Source of the DNA: an uncultured Gammaproteobacteria bacterium
GTDB taxonomy: Bacteria; Patescibacteriota; Microgenomatia; CAZETR01; Amesbacteraceae
Assembly (NCBI GenBank): GCA_964358085.1
Contig: CAYHNU010000002.1
Coordinates: forward strand, 1-42,177
Length of the DNA stretch: 42,177 bases
Direction of reading: 5' to 3'
This document shows positions 26,036 to 35,580 of the stretch, one piece after another. The position numbers and the translations under genes were made by a program. Position 1 is the stretch's first letter; every line of letters starts with the position of its first letter. Under the pieces are notes generated by a model. That model searched no databases. It saw only the letters and a program-made list of their open reading frames with translations, and was not told the DNA's origin.

Positions 26036-27403
26036 ATGGACAGAGATGTAACTAGAATTTGGAAAGTGGTTTTGGAAGGGATGAAAGTGGTGGTATCCGC
26101 GGGAACTTTCAATACCTTAATTCGGCAGACAGAATTGGTGGCAATTGTAGACAGTGGAGACCGCTGGATATGTGAAGTGGGTTGCTCGTCAGGAATGACC
26201 AAAACGTTGCTTGAGCAACGCTTTCATGGACAATTGGCGGAAGAACTGAAAAGAGTAACCGAGAAGGATTGTGAGATACGATTTATAATCAGCCCGCAAC
26301 GCTCACCGCGCAACCCTCAAGAAGAGAAAGGCCTGCCGCTGTTTACGGAAAGAGATAATAGTGATGAAGTGAAGAGGGCCAGGTTAAGAGCCGAATTTAC
26401 TTTTGATAATTACGCCGTATCCGGATCAAATCAAATGGCGCACGCGGCGGCCATGGCGGTGGCTCGCAAGCCCGGGGCGGCTTACAACCCGCTCTTTATT
26501 TACGGCGGGGTAGGGGTAGGAAAAACCCATTTAATGCAGGCGGTAGGCCGCGCGATTGTTGAAAGGGGAGAAGGGCCGGTGTTGTTTTGCACCGGAGAGG
26601 AATTTACCAACGACCTGGTGATGGGCATCCGCAACAAAGATACCGACCGGGTGCGGGGCAAGTACCGGAAAGTGAAGGCCCTGTTGATCGACGATGTGCA
26701 GTTTATTGCCGGAAAGGCCTCTGTCCAGGAAGAATTTTTCCACACCTTCAACTCCCTCGGGAGGGAGGGGGGACAGGTGGTGATGACTTCGGATAAACCG
26801 CCGAGGGAAATCGCTAAGTTGGAAGAAAGATTACGCAGCCGGTTTGGGGCGGGTATGACGGTAGACGTGGGACCAGCGGATTTTGAACTGCGGACGGCGA
26901 TCCTCCTGATTAAAGCTAAACAGCGAGGCCGTGAACTGGCTATGGACGTCGCCCAGACAATCGCTTCGCACATCGAAGGGGTGAGAGAATTGGAAGGGTT
27001 TTTGATGAGAATAACCTCTGAGGCAGAGATCAAGAATGAGCTGGTGACGGTGGAAATGGCGGAGAGACTGTTAAAAATTAGCAGGCCGGCCGATGGGCCG
27101 ACCAGAATTGTGACCCCAAACGAAGTCGTCAGTTTGATATCTGACTACTACGGAGTCGGAGTGCAACAACTGAAGGGGGAAAGGAGAACCAAAACGGTAG
27201 TTTGGCCGAGACAAATATTGATGCATATTCTACGGACGGATCTAAAACTGCCCTTGGAGGAAGTGGGAAGGTTAATAGGAGGGAGGGACCACACGACCGT
27301 GATGCACGCCGACAAAAAAGTGATTCTGGCCATGCAGGCAGATCAGGCTGTCCACAACCAAATTGGGGATATCAAGAAAAAATTATTGACAGAGGTCAGA
27401 TAA
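26036..27403 (+). CDS. dnaA: chromosomal replication initiator DnaA
   Basis: GGVGVGKTHLMQAVG, LLIDDVQFIAGK, C-terminal RQILMHILR..L.L.E.G...GGRDHTTVMHA. Confidence 0.97.
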   Translation: MDRDVTRIWKVVLEGMKVVVSAGTFNTLIRQTELVAIVDSGDRWICEVGCSSGMTKTLLEQRFHGQLAEELKRVTEKDCEIRFIISPQRSPRNPQEEKGLPLFTERDNSDEVKRARLRAEFTFDNYAVSGSNQMAHAAAMAVARKPGAAYNPLFIYGGVGVGKTHLMQAVGRAIVERGEGPVLFCTGEEFTNDLVMGIRNKDTDRVRGKYRKVKALLIDDVQFIAGKASVQEEFFHTFNSLGREGGQVVMTSDKPPREIAKLEERLRSRFGAGMTVDVGPADFELRTAILLIKAKQRGRELAMDVAQTIASHIEGVRELEGFLMRITSEAEIKNELVTVEMAERLLKISRPADGPTRIVTPNEVVSLISDYYGVGVQQLKGERRTKTVVWPRQILMHILRTDLKLPLEEVGRLIGGRDHTTVMHADKKVILAMQADQAVHNQIGDIKKKLLTEVR

Positions 27404-27553
27404 TTGTATACAACTGGAGATGCTTATGCACTTATTAACTGGAGCAATGAAACTATCCACAAAGTTATACACAAGACTGTCCCCTGGCTGGCTGGTGGCG
27501 GTTATCAACTTATCCACAAGACCTACTACGGATGCTACTAGTTAAGAGAGAAT
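27404..27553. other. oriC-type DnaA-box cluster in the dnaA-dnaN spacer
   Basis: One perfect TTATCCACA (27510-27518). Near-consensus boxes: TTATCAACT (27502-27510), TTATACACA (27465-27473), CTATCCACA (27453-27461), TTATGCACT (27424-27432), TTGTATACA (27404-27412). Confidence 0.8.
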
Positions 27554-28663
27554 ATGCACGCTACTGTTTTACAACAGGATTTAAATAAAGGATTGGGGAT
27601 AGTGGGACGGGTTGTGGCGACAAGAGGGCAATTGCCGGTGTTGGCGAACATCTTGATCGAAGCGACAAAAGAAGGGTTGGTACTGGCGGCAACAAATTTA
27701 GAAATTGGATTGAGGGTGAGAGTGGGAGGGAAAATAATTGAGTTGGGAGCAATAACGATTCCGGGAAGAAGTCTGGGGGAGTTAGTGGGATCGTTGGCGG
27801 GAGAAAGCTTGGATTTACAAACGGATGGGGAGAAATTAAAAATAAAGACTGGCAAATCAGCAGGAATACTGACGGGAATTGCCGCCAGTGAATTTCCCCC
27901 TTTCGCCCGTTCGACTTCGCTCAGGGCTACGGAGGGGAAAGCCCCCATTAAAATTAAAAAGGAGTTGTTGCTGGAGATAGCGAGTCAGGTGGCGTATGCG
28001 GCGGCGGTGGATGAGAGCCGGCCGGTTTTAACCGGCATTCGGTTTTCGGTGTCCGGTGATCAGTTGTTTGTGGTGGCGACGGACGGATTTAGATTAAGCC
28101 GGAAACAAATCCCAAATCCCAAATCCCAAATCCCAAATGTAATATTACCGGCGAGAACGATACTAGAATTGGCCAGAGTAGTAGAAGAGGAAGAGATAGT
28201 GATGGAGATGGTAAAAGAAAACAATCAAGTGATATTCAGCTGTGGTGACGTGCAATTGGTGTCGAGGGTGCTGGAGGGGAACTTTCCTGAAGTAGATAAA
28301 ATAATTCCCCAGGGTTTTAAAACAGAGGTGGTGGTGGACAGGGAAGAACTGAAATCGGCACTACGGGTAGCGGGGATTTTCGCTAGGGAAAACAGTAATA
28401 TTGTAAGATTCAAGGTTCAAGGATCAAGTTTCAATATTGCCGCGAGGGCGGCGCAGCTTGGGGAGAACGAGAACGAGATAGAGACTGAGAAGGAAGGCGA
28501 GGACGGGGAGATCGCGTTTAACTATAAATTTGTGCAGGATTTTTTGGAGAGCGTGACGGAAGAAAGAATAAGATTGAAAATTAACGATAGTTTATCGCCG
28601 GGGGTGTGGGCAGGGGAAAAGGATAAGAGCCTGATTCACCTGATTATGCCGGTGAGAGGGTAG
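27554..28663 (+). CDS. dnaN: DNA polymerase III beta sliding clamp
   Basis: Position after dnaA. N-terminal L..L.....V...R..LPVL.N.L.EA, then PVL.GI.F, ATDGFRL, LEG.FP....IIP. Contains repeat-derived inserts. Confidence 0.93.
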   Translation: MHATVLQQDLNKGLGIVGRVVATRGQLPVLANILIEATKEGLVLAATNLEIGLRVRVGGKIIELGAITIPGRSLGELVGSLAGESLDLQTDGEKLKIKTGKSAGILTGIAASEFPPFARSTSLRATEGKAPIKIKKELLLEIASQVAYAAAVDESRPVLTGIRFSVSGDQLFVVATDGFRLSRKQIPNPKSQIPNVILPARTILELARVVEEEEIVMEMVKENNQVIFSCGDVQLVSRVLEGNFPEVDKIIPQGFKTEVVVDREELKSALRVAGIFARENSNIVRFKVQGSSFNIAARAAQLGENENEIETEKEGEDGEIAFNYKFVQDFLESVTEERIRLKINDSLSPGVWAGEKDKSLIHLIMPVRG

Positions 28664-28664
28664 G

Positions 28665-29663
28665 TTACAACTTGACGGCCGGAAGGAGGAGGACAACAGT
28701 GCTGGGAATTGAGGAGAGTCCAAAGAAAAAAGATCCCTTGATATTGTAATATGGCACCAGCAGACTTGCTTTGGCGTCGAGGCGATATTCTAACTCTATG
28801 GATTGGATGGTAATTTGGGAGACTTCTTCGAGAATAGCAGAAGACTCGACAAGAGCCTTTCCCGTGAGCTGGATAATCTTGCCTTGTTTTTGGTCAAGCA
28901 GGCCCATGGCCTCTTTTTGGGAGATAGTAGAATATTCTTTGGGTGAGGAGAGATCGATTCCTTGGGGGTGGGCGACTATTTTAATAATTTGATTTTTCTG
29001 ACCAACGGAAACAACGAGAGGCGGTTCGGTTTGATCCCCAACCCGCACAGGAATATCATTAACCGACTGGGAAAAAGGGACACTAATTACAGCCGCGTCA
29101 TGGATATTTGTTTCAATAAGTTCTGCCCCCTCCTCTTTAAAAAAAACCAATTCGTTTATGTCGGTTTTAAAATCTTTCCAATTTTCAAAACTGTTTACAA
29201 AATCTTGGGCCGATTTGACCGCCACCTCGGCGGTGGGGGCGGCTTTTCCAGTATAGCTTTCAGGGCTCTGGAAACTATCAACCTGAAAGGTAAGAATTTG
29301 GTTAGGAGAGTCAATAAACAAGGCGCCTTTTTTGTCCTTGCTTAACCAAAAATTAGACCGGCCTGACACTGGCTGGAGATCAAAATAGCGGGCTAATTTT
29401 TGAGACTGGCCAAACAAGTCGAAGGAGGCTTTGTTTTGGGAAAACACGGGAAGGGATTGCGGGACGGAAGGAAACCCAACTTCGTCGGCGAGACTGATTT
29501 TTTGATAAGTAGTATTTCTAACTTCGGGGTTGGTAGACTCAATCCCCGGTCGGGGAGAAGTTGGAGGGAGAGATTTTTTTACGGAACTCATGAGATAAAC
29601 GGCGCTGATTATTACAAGTGCGATTAGTCCCAAAAGCAATTTTTTGTTTCTGGTGAGTTTCAT
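28665..29663 (-). CDS. TM-anchored extracytoplasmic hypothetical protein (last gene of the secretion-like operon)
   Basis: N-terminal TM helix (LLLGLIALVIISAVYL). ATGA overlap with the upstream 890-aa gene. Confidence 0.55.
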   Translation of the reverse strand: MKLTRNKKLLLGLIALVIISAVYLMSSVKKSLPPTSPRPGIESTNPEVRNTTYQKISLADEVGFPSVPQSLPVFSQNKASFDLFGQSQKLARYFDLQPVSGRSNFWLSKDKKGALFIDSPNQILTFQVDSFQSPESYTGKAAPTAEVAVKSAQDFVNSFENWKDFKTDINELVFFKEEGAELIETNIHDAAVISVPFSQSVNDIPVRVGDQTEPPLVVSVGQKNQIIKIVAHPQGIDLSSPKEYSTISQKEAMGLLDQKQGKIIQLTGKALVESSAILEEVSQITIQSIELEYRLDAKASLLVPYYNIKGSFFFGLSSIPSTVVLLLPAVKL

Positions 29664-32332
29664 GGCCCTACGGAGCCTCCTTCGTCTTTAGCATAACATG
29701 TGTTGGGTACGCTTGAAGTGTTTACTCCCAGCTGGAATCCACTGACCGTCCAAGGCGGAACGTAGGTGCGGATATCCCAACTTTTAGGAAACAGCTCGTA
29801 ATGTAAATGAGTGCCGGTGGAGTTTCCGGTGCTGCCCATGATTCCAATTTGAGTTCCGGCTGTGATTTGAGAACCGGGGGAGAGGCTGGCTATTTGAGAC
29901 AAGTGGGCATAAAGAGTTTGAAATCCCTCGGGAGATATAATTTTGACACAGTTGCCGTATTTGGGGTCTCCACAATTAGTGGAAACAGTGCCGTCGTGAG
30001 CGGCATAGATGGGGGGGGCAATAGGGTCGTGGATGTCGATGGCGTTGGAATTGTTGTCACAGTGTGTCCAGGTGCGATCAACGCCACAAAAAGGACCTTG
30101 GGTGAGGTCCCCAACGGTGGGCCAACAGCGGGGATAGGCGCCACCCGGACCGGGAATACCGACACCCCCGGCTGTATTTTGAGGAACAACTAGGGCAGAG
30201 GAGTTGATAATAAAAAGAATTAAGGCAATGCCGACGGGAATACTTAGGGCAATAACAAGAAGCGGGGTGGCAATTTCGGTGGCTACCAGGCCGACTGCGG
30301 CGGTAGAAGCCGAAGTAATGGCGTTACCAAGTTTGGTTAGAGCCCCTGTAATGCCGCCGGCGCTCTTTATGCCGGCTCCTGCTAATCCGCCGCCGAGAAG
30401 TCCTAAAGGAAGGGATACGATTCCGGTGATTGCGGCAGCACCAAGGCCGACCAGAGAGCCTCCTATAATAATGCTCATACCAGCCAAAAACTTAAAGATA
30501 TCAGTGGCAGTTCTTTTGGCCCACTTCCAGATCTTGGGTAAATTGGCGACGACGAAGCCAATGACCGCGCCGATAATTGTGCCCACTACCGGAGCAACAG
30601 CAGTTCCGGCGGCGGCTCCAGTTCCAGCTCCTCCAACGGTAGTCAGGGCTGTTGTGGCTGCTCCGGTACTAGCTGCGAGAGCTGGCGGAGCGGCGCCGGC
30701 GGCGAGTGCGCCAGTCACGACAGGAAGCGCGGGGCCCGAAAAGGCAACCGGGACAATACTCATCCCGGCAGGGGCCATTGCGGTTCCAGTTCCAACTGTT
30801 TGTCGAATGATGTTAAAAGCGGTGTAACCACTCAGGGACGTTTGTCCAATTGGAACCTTTCCGACCATGTAGGAGATTTCACCAAACAAATGTTCCACAC
30901 CGGCCGGAGTAAACATTAAACCGGCCTGATTGACTCCAACTCTCCCAATGTTTACCATCCAGCCATTGGCTATAGCTTGACTAAAAGCAGAAGCATAAAA
31001 GGTGGGAAGAGTGCCGGAGACAAGGTAGCCTGCATAAATTGACGGTGCGGCGCTTGTGGCAGACAGACCAGCACCAACAATGGCTCCAGCAACGGCTCCA
31101 GTTCCCATTCCCAACCCTTCTCCAATTCCTGAACTGGTAAATTTATTCCAAGCATTTTTGGCCTGATCAGACAATCGTGTTTTGGCTTCGTCTTGCAAGT
31201 AGTCAAGAAGGGGGTTCCGATTTCCGTGACTGTCGCGGTAGCTTTGTTCCTGATTGGCCGGTTCATCGTAGGCGCTTTCATATGTTTCAAGTAGCAATTC
31301 CCAATTTGCTTCGGTTTGCTGGGCCGGTGGAACACGAGATAAAAATTCAACTGATTTTTGAGTGATTTCTTTTAGTGTTTCTTGTTTTTCTTCCCGCCTT
31401 TTTTCTGGAGAGTCCGACGGGTCGCCGGCGTTTCTACTCACAGAATATGAAATTAAAGGGTAGCTTTGTTCGACCATTGTTTGGGCTTGAACTTTTCCGA
31501 CAACGGTGGCCAAAGATTGCTCTACCAATTCTGTGCCAGTGGCGTTGAGGCTAAAGTCGGCTACAAGTTGAGCCAATTGTTGGACAGGTAAAGTAACGGT
31601 GGTTTTACCTGCGGCCTCTAGTTCCGTTTCTAGTGTGGAGAGAAGGTTTGAGAATGTCTTAATAGAGGCGGTTGGATTGACAATCTTTTCCGCTATTATC
31701 CTGTCCGCAAGGGCTTCTTTCCCTGCTGGGAAGATGTTTTCAGGAAGGCTAGTAATAGTTTGGTGCCAAAGATTGTTTACGCTTGGGTCGAGTGTGATTG
31801 CGATTTCTACTAGCGGGGACAAGGCGACACCTGGGGAGAGGGCGCTTATTTGTTCGAGGGTTTCTTTGGGGCGGAGAATGATCTCGTTTTCCAAATCAGG
31901 CTGAAGGTAGGCGATAATTTGAGACTCTTCTGGAGAGGCAGTAGAAAGGTTCTTGCGGTATTCTTCTAGGCGGGCCTGAACTAGTTGGTGGATGGTGGGC
32001 TTATGAGCGATTTTAGCTGCGGCCTCTTGGCGTTTTTCTTCACAGGCTTTGTTATAAGCATCAACTAATTCATCTAGGTGGGGGGGGAGGGAGGCCGTTT
32101 TGTCTTCCTGGAATTTCTTGAGAAGGCGCAGATTTAGGGCCAGGAGTTTTTGGTTTCGATCGGCGATTTCTAAAACCGGCTTGAACTCTTCTTGCGTGAG
32201 CAGTTTGGCTAGATTTTCCCAAACATATTCTTCAGCTTGGATAACAGTCATTCCCCGGGGGGCCTGGGGCGGTTTTTGCACCAAGTTTAAAAAAATATTT
32301 TCAATGGCGCTGATCTGGTCTGGGGTAAACAT
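29660..32332 (-). CDS. 890-aa fusion protein with a helical cytoplasmic N-domain, a Gly/Ala-rich polytopic membrane core and a C-terminal M23 peptidase
   Basis: C-terminus IDIHD...YAAHDG...LYAHLS...GSTGNSTGTHLHYEL (M23 HxxxD/HxH motifs). The middle 300 aa or so are hydrophobic and G/A-rich. Confidence 0.75.
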   Translation of the reverse strand: MFTPDQISAIENIFLNLVQKPPQAPRGMTVIQAEEYVWENLAKLLTQEEFKPVLEIADRNQKLLALNLRLLKKFQEDKTASLPPHLDELVDAYNKACEEKRQEAAAKIAHKPTIHQLVQARLEEYRKNLSTASPEESQIIAYLQPDLENEIILRPKETLEQISALSPGVALSPLVEIAITLDPSVNNLWHQTITSLPENIFPAGKEALADRIIAEKIVNPTASIKTFSNLLSTLETELEAAGKTTVTLPVQQLAQLVADFSLNATGTELVEQSLATVVGKVQAQTMVEQSYPLISYSVSRNAGDPSDSPEKRREEKQETLKEITQKSVEFLSRVPPAQQTEANWELLLETYESAYDEPANQEQSYRDSHGNRNPLLDYLQDEAKTRLSDQAKNAWNKFTSSGIGEGLGMGTGAVAGAIVGAGLSATSAAPSIYAGYLVSGTLPTFYASAFSQAIANGWMVNIGRVGVNQAGLMFTPAGVEHLFGEISYMVGKVPIGQTSLSGYTAFNIIRQTVGTGTAMAPAGMSIVPVAFSGPALPVVTGALAAGAAPPALAASTGAATTALTTVGGAGTGAAAGTAVAPVVGTIIGAVIGFVVANLPKIWKWAKRTATDIFKFLAGMSIIIGGSLVGLGAAAITGIVSLPLGLLGGGLAGAGIKSAGGITGALTKLGNAITSASTAAVGLVATEIATPLLVIALSIPVGIALILFIINSSALVVPQNTAGGVGIPGPGGAYPRCWPTVGDLTQGPFCGVDRTWTHCDNNSNAIDIHDPIAPPIYAAHDGTVSTNCGDPKYGNCVKIISPEGFQTLYAHLSQIASLSPGSQITAGTQIGIMGSTGNSTGTHLHYELFPKSWDIRTYVPPWTVSGFQLGVNTSSVPNTCYAKDEGGSVGP

Positions 32333-32337
32333 AATAA

Positions 32338-34701
32338 TTAAGGCAGTTTTACTGTTTCAGCTACTAGACGGACTTTGGCTTGTTCTGACTGTTGGGTAAG
32401 AATTTCGGAAGGTTTGGTGGTAATTAATTTGTGTTCGTCGGGGGAAGCGACGACACGAATGGCAACGTGGTTGTTGCCGGCAAAAAAAAGGCCCTCGCCT
32501 ACCTCGCTACTTAACAGCAGATGTTTTTCTCCTTCAGATAAATAAAAGACCTGAGCGACTTTGTCGATGGCGGCAGGGGACTGCTTCATGAGGATTTGGA
32601 TACTGGAATTGGTAACGATAGCTTTGCCATAGTCGGTGGCTAGGAAATCCTCTACGTCTTGAGTGATGGTGGTTAGCCCCAGGAAATATTTGCGAGCTCG
32701 TTTGGCAATGCCGTAAAGAAAGGCAGCGGAGTCGGGGGAGCGCATGAGGTACCAGGCTTCGTCCACAATTAACAATCTCTTTTTTAAATCCCGGCGCATC
32801 TTGGTCCAAATATAGTCCAGAATAATAAAAATGGCGATGGGCTTGAGGGAGTCTTCCAGGTCGCGGACGGAAAAAACAGTAAAAGGGTTTTTTAGAGAAA
32901 CGTTACTAGGCTGGTCAATAATGCCGCGGAAACTGCCCTTAACGAATTTTTCAATGCGGTCGGCCAGGGCTCCGGCTTGGGATTCTTCCATGCCCACCAG
33001 GGCTTTGTAGAGATCTTCCATAAGAGGGGGAGGGAGTTTTTGGGTGGCAGGGTCGGGGGTAATGCCCTTCATTTTATAGGTGGCAACTAAGGCCCGGTCT
33101 AAAATGGCTTCTTCGCCAGGAGACAAAGCGCCCATAATGACTTTAAAAAGGGAGTGCAGGGAAAGGATTTTTAAGCTTAGCTCGTTTTCGTCGGAGGTGG
33201 CGGTGAGGGAGGATAGGTCGAAAGGATTTAAGCGGCAGGGAGAGTTGAAGGAAAAATTGATGTATTCACCGCCGACGGCGTCGCTAAGAGTTTTGTATTC
33301 GTTCTCGGGGTCGATGATGATTATTTCGGTGCCGAACATGAGGGAGCGGAGGATTTCCAGCTTGACCAAATACGACTTACCAGCTCCAGCCTTTGCGAAG
33401 ACGACCGTGTTCGCGTTCTCTAAACTGAACCTGTCGAAAATTACTAAACTTCCGTTATGCTCGTTTAAACCATAGAGAACGCCCTCGTTGCTGGTGAGTT
33501 CGGATGAAGTAAACGGAAAGGTGGTGGCCAGAGAGGTGGTGTCCATGTTGCGGGTGACCAGGAGGTGATCGGTACAGGCGGGAAGAGTGGTTTTGAAGCC
33601 ATCGGCCTGCTGGAGAAGGGCGGGGGCGGTGGTAATAAGCAGAGAGCCTAAAGTGCTGGAAACTTGTTTGGTAACCTGATTGAGCTCACTTTCAGATTTA
33701 GCAGGGATGGTGACATACAATCCAAACTGGAAGAAGCGTTCGGCCCCCTTGACCAGCTGGTCTTGAAGAGTCAGGGCGTCTTCCAATTTGGCCTGGGTGC
33801 TGGGGTCGACCACCCGGCCGCGCTGTAAATCTGTAGAGATTTCGGCTTCCATTTCGGCGATTTTGCGGCGTAGATCGTCTAGGGTGGACTTGCTTTCCAC
33901 AGGATAGACGAACATGGAGATATTTAATGAATGGTCGAAGTTGATGAGGGGGGCCAGCCAATTGGCGGTGACAAATCTAGGATAGCCTGCCACAAAGAGA
34001 GAGCGGAAGTACCAATCGTCGATTTTGAGAGTGTTGAAATCAACTGTAATTGACTGGGGGGCGATAGTGGGGACGGAGGTGGCCTTCGTCTCGATTTGGG
34101 AACGGTGGTAGGAATTGAAGAAAAACTGGATGAGCTCGGGGGAAGTAAGTTGACGGGCGCGCAGGCCGATGCGGGCTAATAATCTGACCAGATGGTCGCG
34201 CTTGGGAGATAGAGCCAAGGCGGCGCGTTCCAGGATTTCGACTTGGGGTTTGGGAAGAGCTTTTTTCTTGATTAAAACGGAAAAGCTGGAAGAAATACCA
34301 AGTTCCAGAGAAGAAAAAGGAATGGCCACATAAAACTTTTTGTCCAGGACGTTGCCTTGGCGGACGACGGTTTTGATAAAATCGCGATATTTGGCGAGCT
34401 GATCGTGGAGAAGAGGATTGGCAGTCTTTCCTAATTGAAGGTCCAGAAGAGTGAGATAATCAGAAATATCCTTCTGTTTGGAAGAGACGACGATTTGAAT
34501 GGAAAAAGTGAGGGAATTGAGAAGTTGGGCATAGGCGTAGATGGTGGCGTCCTGCTCTGTTTCGGAAAGCAGACCAAAATTGAGAGCGGACACCTGGAGG
34601 ACTAAGCAGGCGGAGCCGTCTTTAAGGACGACTAAATCCTGGACAATGTCCTGAACGTCGAGATGGTCTTGGGTTGTAGACGAAATGAGTTTGGAATTCA
34701 T
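32338..34701 (-). CDS. VirB4/TrbE/CagE-family type IV secretion ATPase
   Basis: 787 aa. Walker A FAKAGAGKSYLVK, Walker B LLIVDEAWYL, and an N-terminal VirB4-type domain (LVVLKDGS...LQVSALNF.L.SE.EQD). Confidence 0.85.
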   Translation of the reverse strand: MNSKLISSTTQDHLDVQDIVQDLVVLKDGSACLVLQVSALNFGLLSETEQDATIYAYAQLLNSLTFSIQIVVSSKQKDISDYLTLLDLQLGKTANPLLHDQLAKYRDFIKTVVRQGNVLDKKFYVAIPFSSLELGISSSFSVLIKKKALPKPQVEILERAALALSPKRDHLVRLLARIGLRARQLTSPELIQFFFNSYHRSQIETKATSVPTIAPQSITVDFNTLKIDDWYFRSLFVAGYPRFVTANWLAPLINFDHSLNISMFVYPVESKSTLDDLRRKIAEMEAEISTDLQRGRVVDPSTQAKLEDALTLQDQLVKGAERFFQFGLYVTIPAKSESELNQVTKQVSSTLGSLLITTAPALLQQADGFKTTLPACTDHLLVTRNMDTTSLATTFPFTSSELTSNEGVLYGLNEHNGSLVIFDRFSLENANTVVFAKAGAGKSYLVKLEILRSLMFGTEIIIIDPENEYKTLSDAVGGEYINFSFNSPCRLNPFDLSSLTATSDENELSLKILSLHSLFKVIMGALSPGEEAILDRALVATYKMKGITPDPATQKLPPPLMEDLYKALVGMEESQAGALADRIEKFVKGSFRGIIDQPSNVSLKNPFTVFSVRDLEDSLKPIAIFIILDYIWTKMRRDLKKRLLIVDEAWYLMRSPDSAAFLYGIAKRARKYFLGLTTITQDVEDFLATDYGKAIVTNSSIQILMKQSPAAIDKVAQVFYLSEGEKHLLLSSEVGEGLFFAGNNHVAIRVVASPDEHKLITTKPSEILTQQSEQAKVRLVAETVKLP

Positions 34702-35519
34702 GCTTGGGCTTTGATGAGAATAGGGTCAATAATCTGGTTTTTGACACTGAGGGTAAGGGAGGCAAAATGCAGGCCTTCTTTTTCGGCAATGAGAGTATAA
34801 GTGCCGGTCGGGAGGGGGGTGGCAGTCATAAACTGGCCGAGCTTGTTGGAGCGCAGGGCCCGGACGGGCAAGCCGGCGGCATCGGATAATTCTAAGATGA
34901 CACCCTCTAAATATGATCCGGCGGGATCGAGAACGAGGCCGGTGAGAAGGTTGGGATGCTCGGGAGGGGGGACCGGGTTACTAGTTATTAGTTCATGGTT
35001 CATGGTAGCTGTGGGTTTAGGCAGAGGGGAGACTGGTGGTTGTGAACGTAGAATTGGCGATTGGGGGTTGAGCGTTGAGGGCTGAGGGTTTGGTTGAATA
35101 GCAGAAAAAGCAAGGTTGGGGTGGGAGAAGATTTGGGAGAAACGAGCGAAGAGCTGACTTTCGATAATGTCGAGGGGAGTTTTTTTGGTAGGCGGGTTAG
35201 TTGGTTCATGGTTCATGGTAGCCGGGGGTGGGGGGGTTTCGGACCAGTGGAACTCCGTGGGAGAATAAATAGCTTTAATAAATGCCATGATCCATTGGGA
35301 AAAAGGGCGGCCGGAGACCGGAACGAAGGCCAACATGACTCCCGTTAAAGCAGCCAAGCCCATCATGGGCCATTTCAAGATAAGGGGGAGGGGGAGACGA
35401 TAGATAACGACAGCGACGGCCACGCCGCCGGCCAACTGAAAAAATTGCTTGAGGGTCATATCGCCCACAAGGTGAAATTCATAAGAAGAGATATTCTGTG
35501 GTACAGGGTGTTGGTTCAT
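34698..35519 (-). CDS. PrgI-family (VirB3-like) membrane protein fused to a carboxypeptidase-regulatory-like beta-sandwich
   Basis: MNQHPVPQNISSYEFHLVGDMTLKQFFQLAGG plus 2 TM helices (PrgI pattern). C-terminus GLVLDPAG..LEGVILEL.....P.....SN..G.F......TGTYTL.AEKEG. ATGA overlap with virB4. Confidence 0.7.
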   Translation of the reverse strand: MNQHPVPQNISSYEFHLVGDMTLKQFFQLAGGVAVAVVIYRLPLPLILKWPMMGLAALTGVMLAFVPVSGRPFSQWIMAFIKAIYSPTEFHWSETPPPPATMNHEPTNPPTKKTPLDIIESQLFARFSQIFSHPNLAFSAIQPNPQPSTLNPQSPILRSQPPVSPLPKPTATMNHELITSNPVPPPEHPNLLTGLVLDPAGSYLEGVILELSDAAGLPVRALRSNKLGQFMTATPLPTGTYTLIAEKEGLHFASLTLSVKNQIIDPILIKAQA

Positions 35520-35547
35520 GGGCAGTTTGTAACTTTATGTTACTGCG

Positions 35548-35580
35548 TGAACGATTTTGTGCAAGCTACAGGCTTTTTCA
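35548..35580. repeat. 33-bp direct repeat, left copy (TGAACGATTTTGTGCAAGCTACAGGCTTTTTCA)
   Basis: Identical to 36859-36891. Contains the stop codon of the ATPase gene. Confidence 0.9.

Noticed and set aside
30204-30827. 207-aa plus-strand ORF (Ala/Pro-rich), along with 29807-30193.
   Set aside because: It is antisense to the Gly/Ala-rich membrane core of the 890-aa gene, so it is a compositional artefact.
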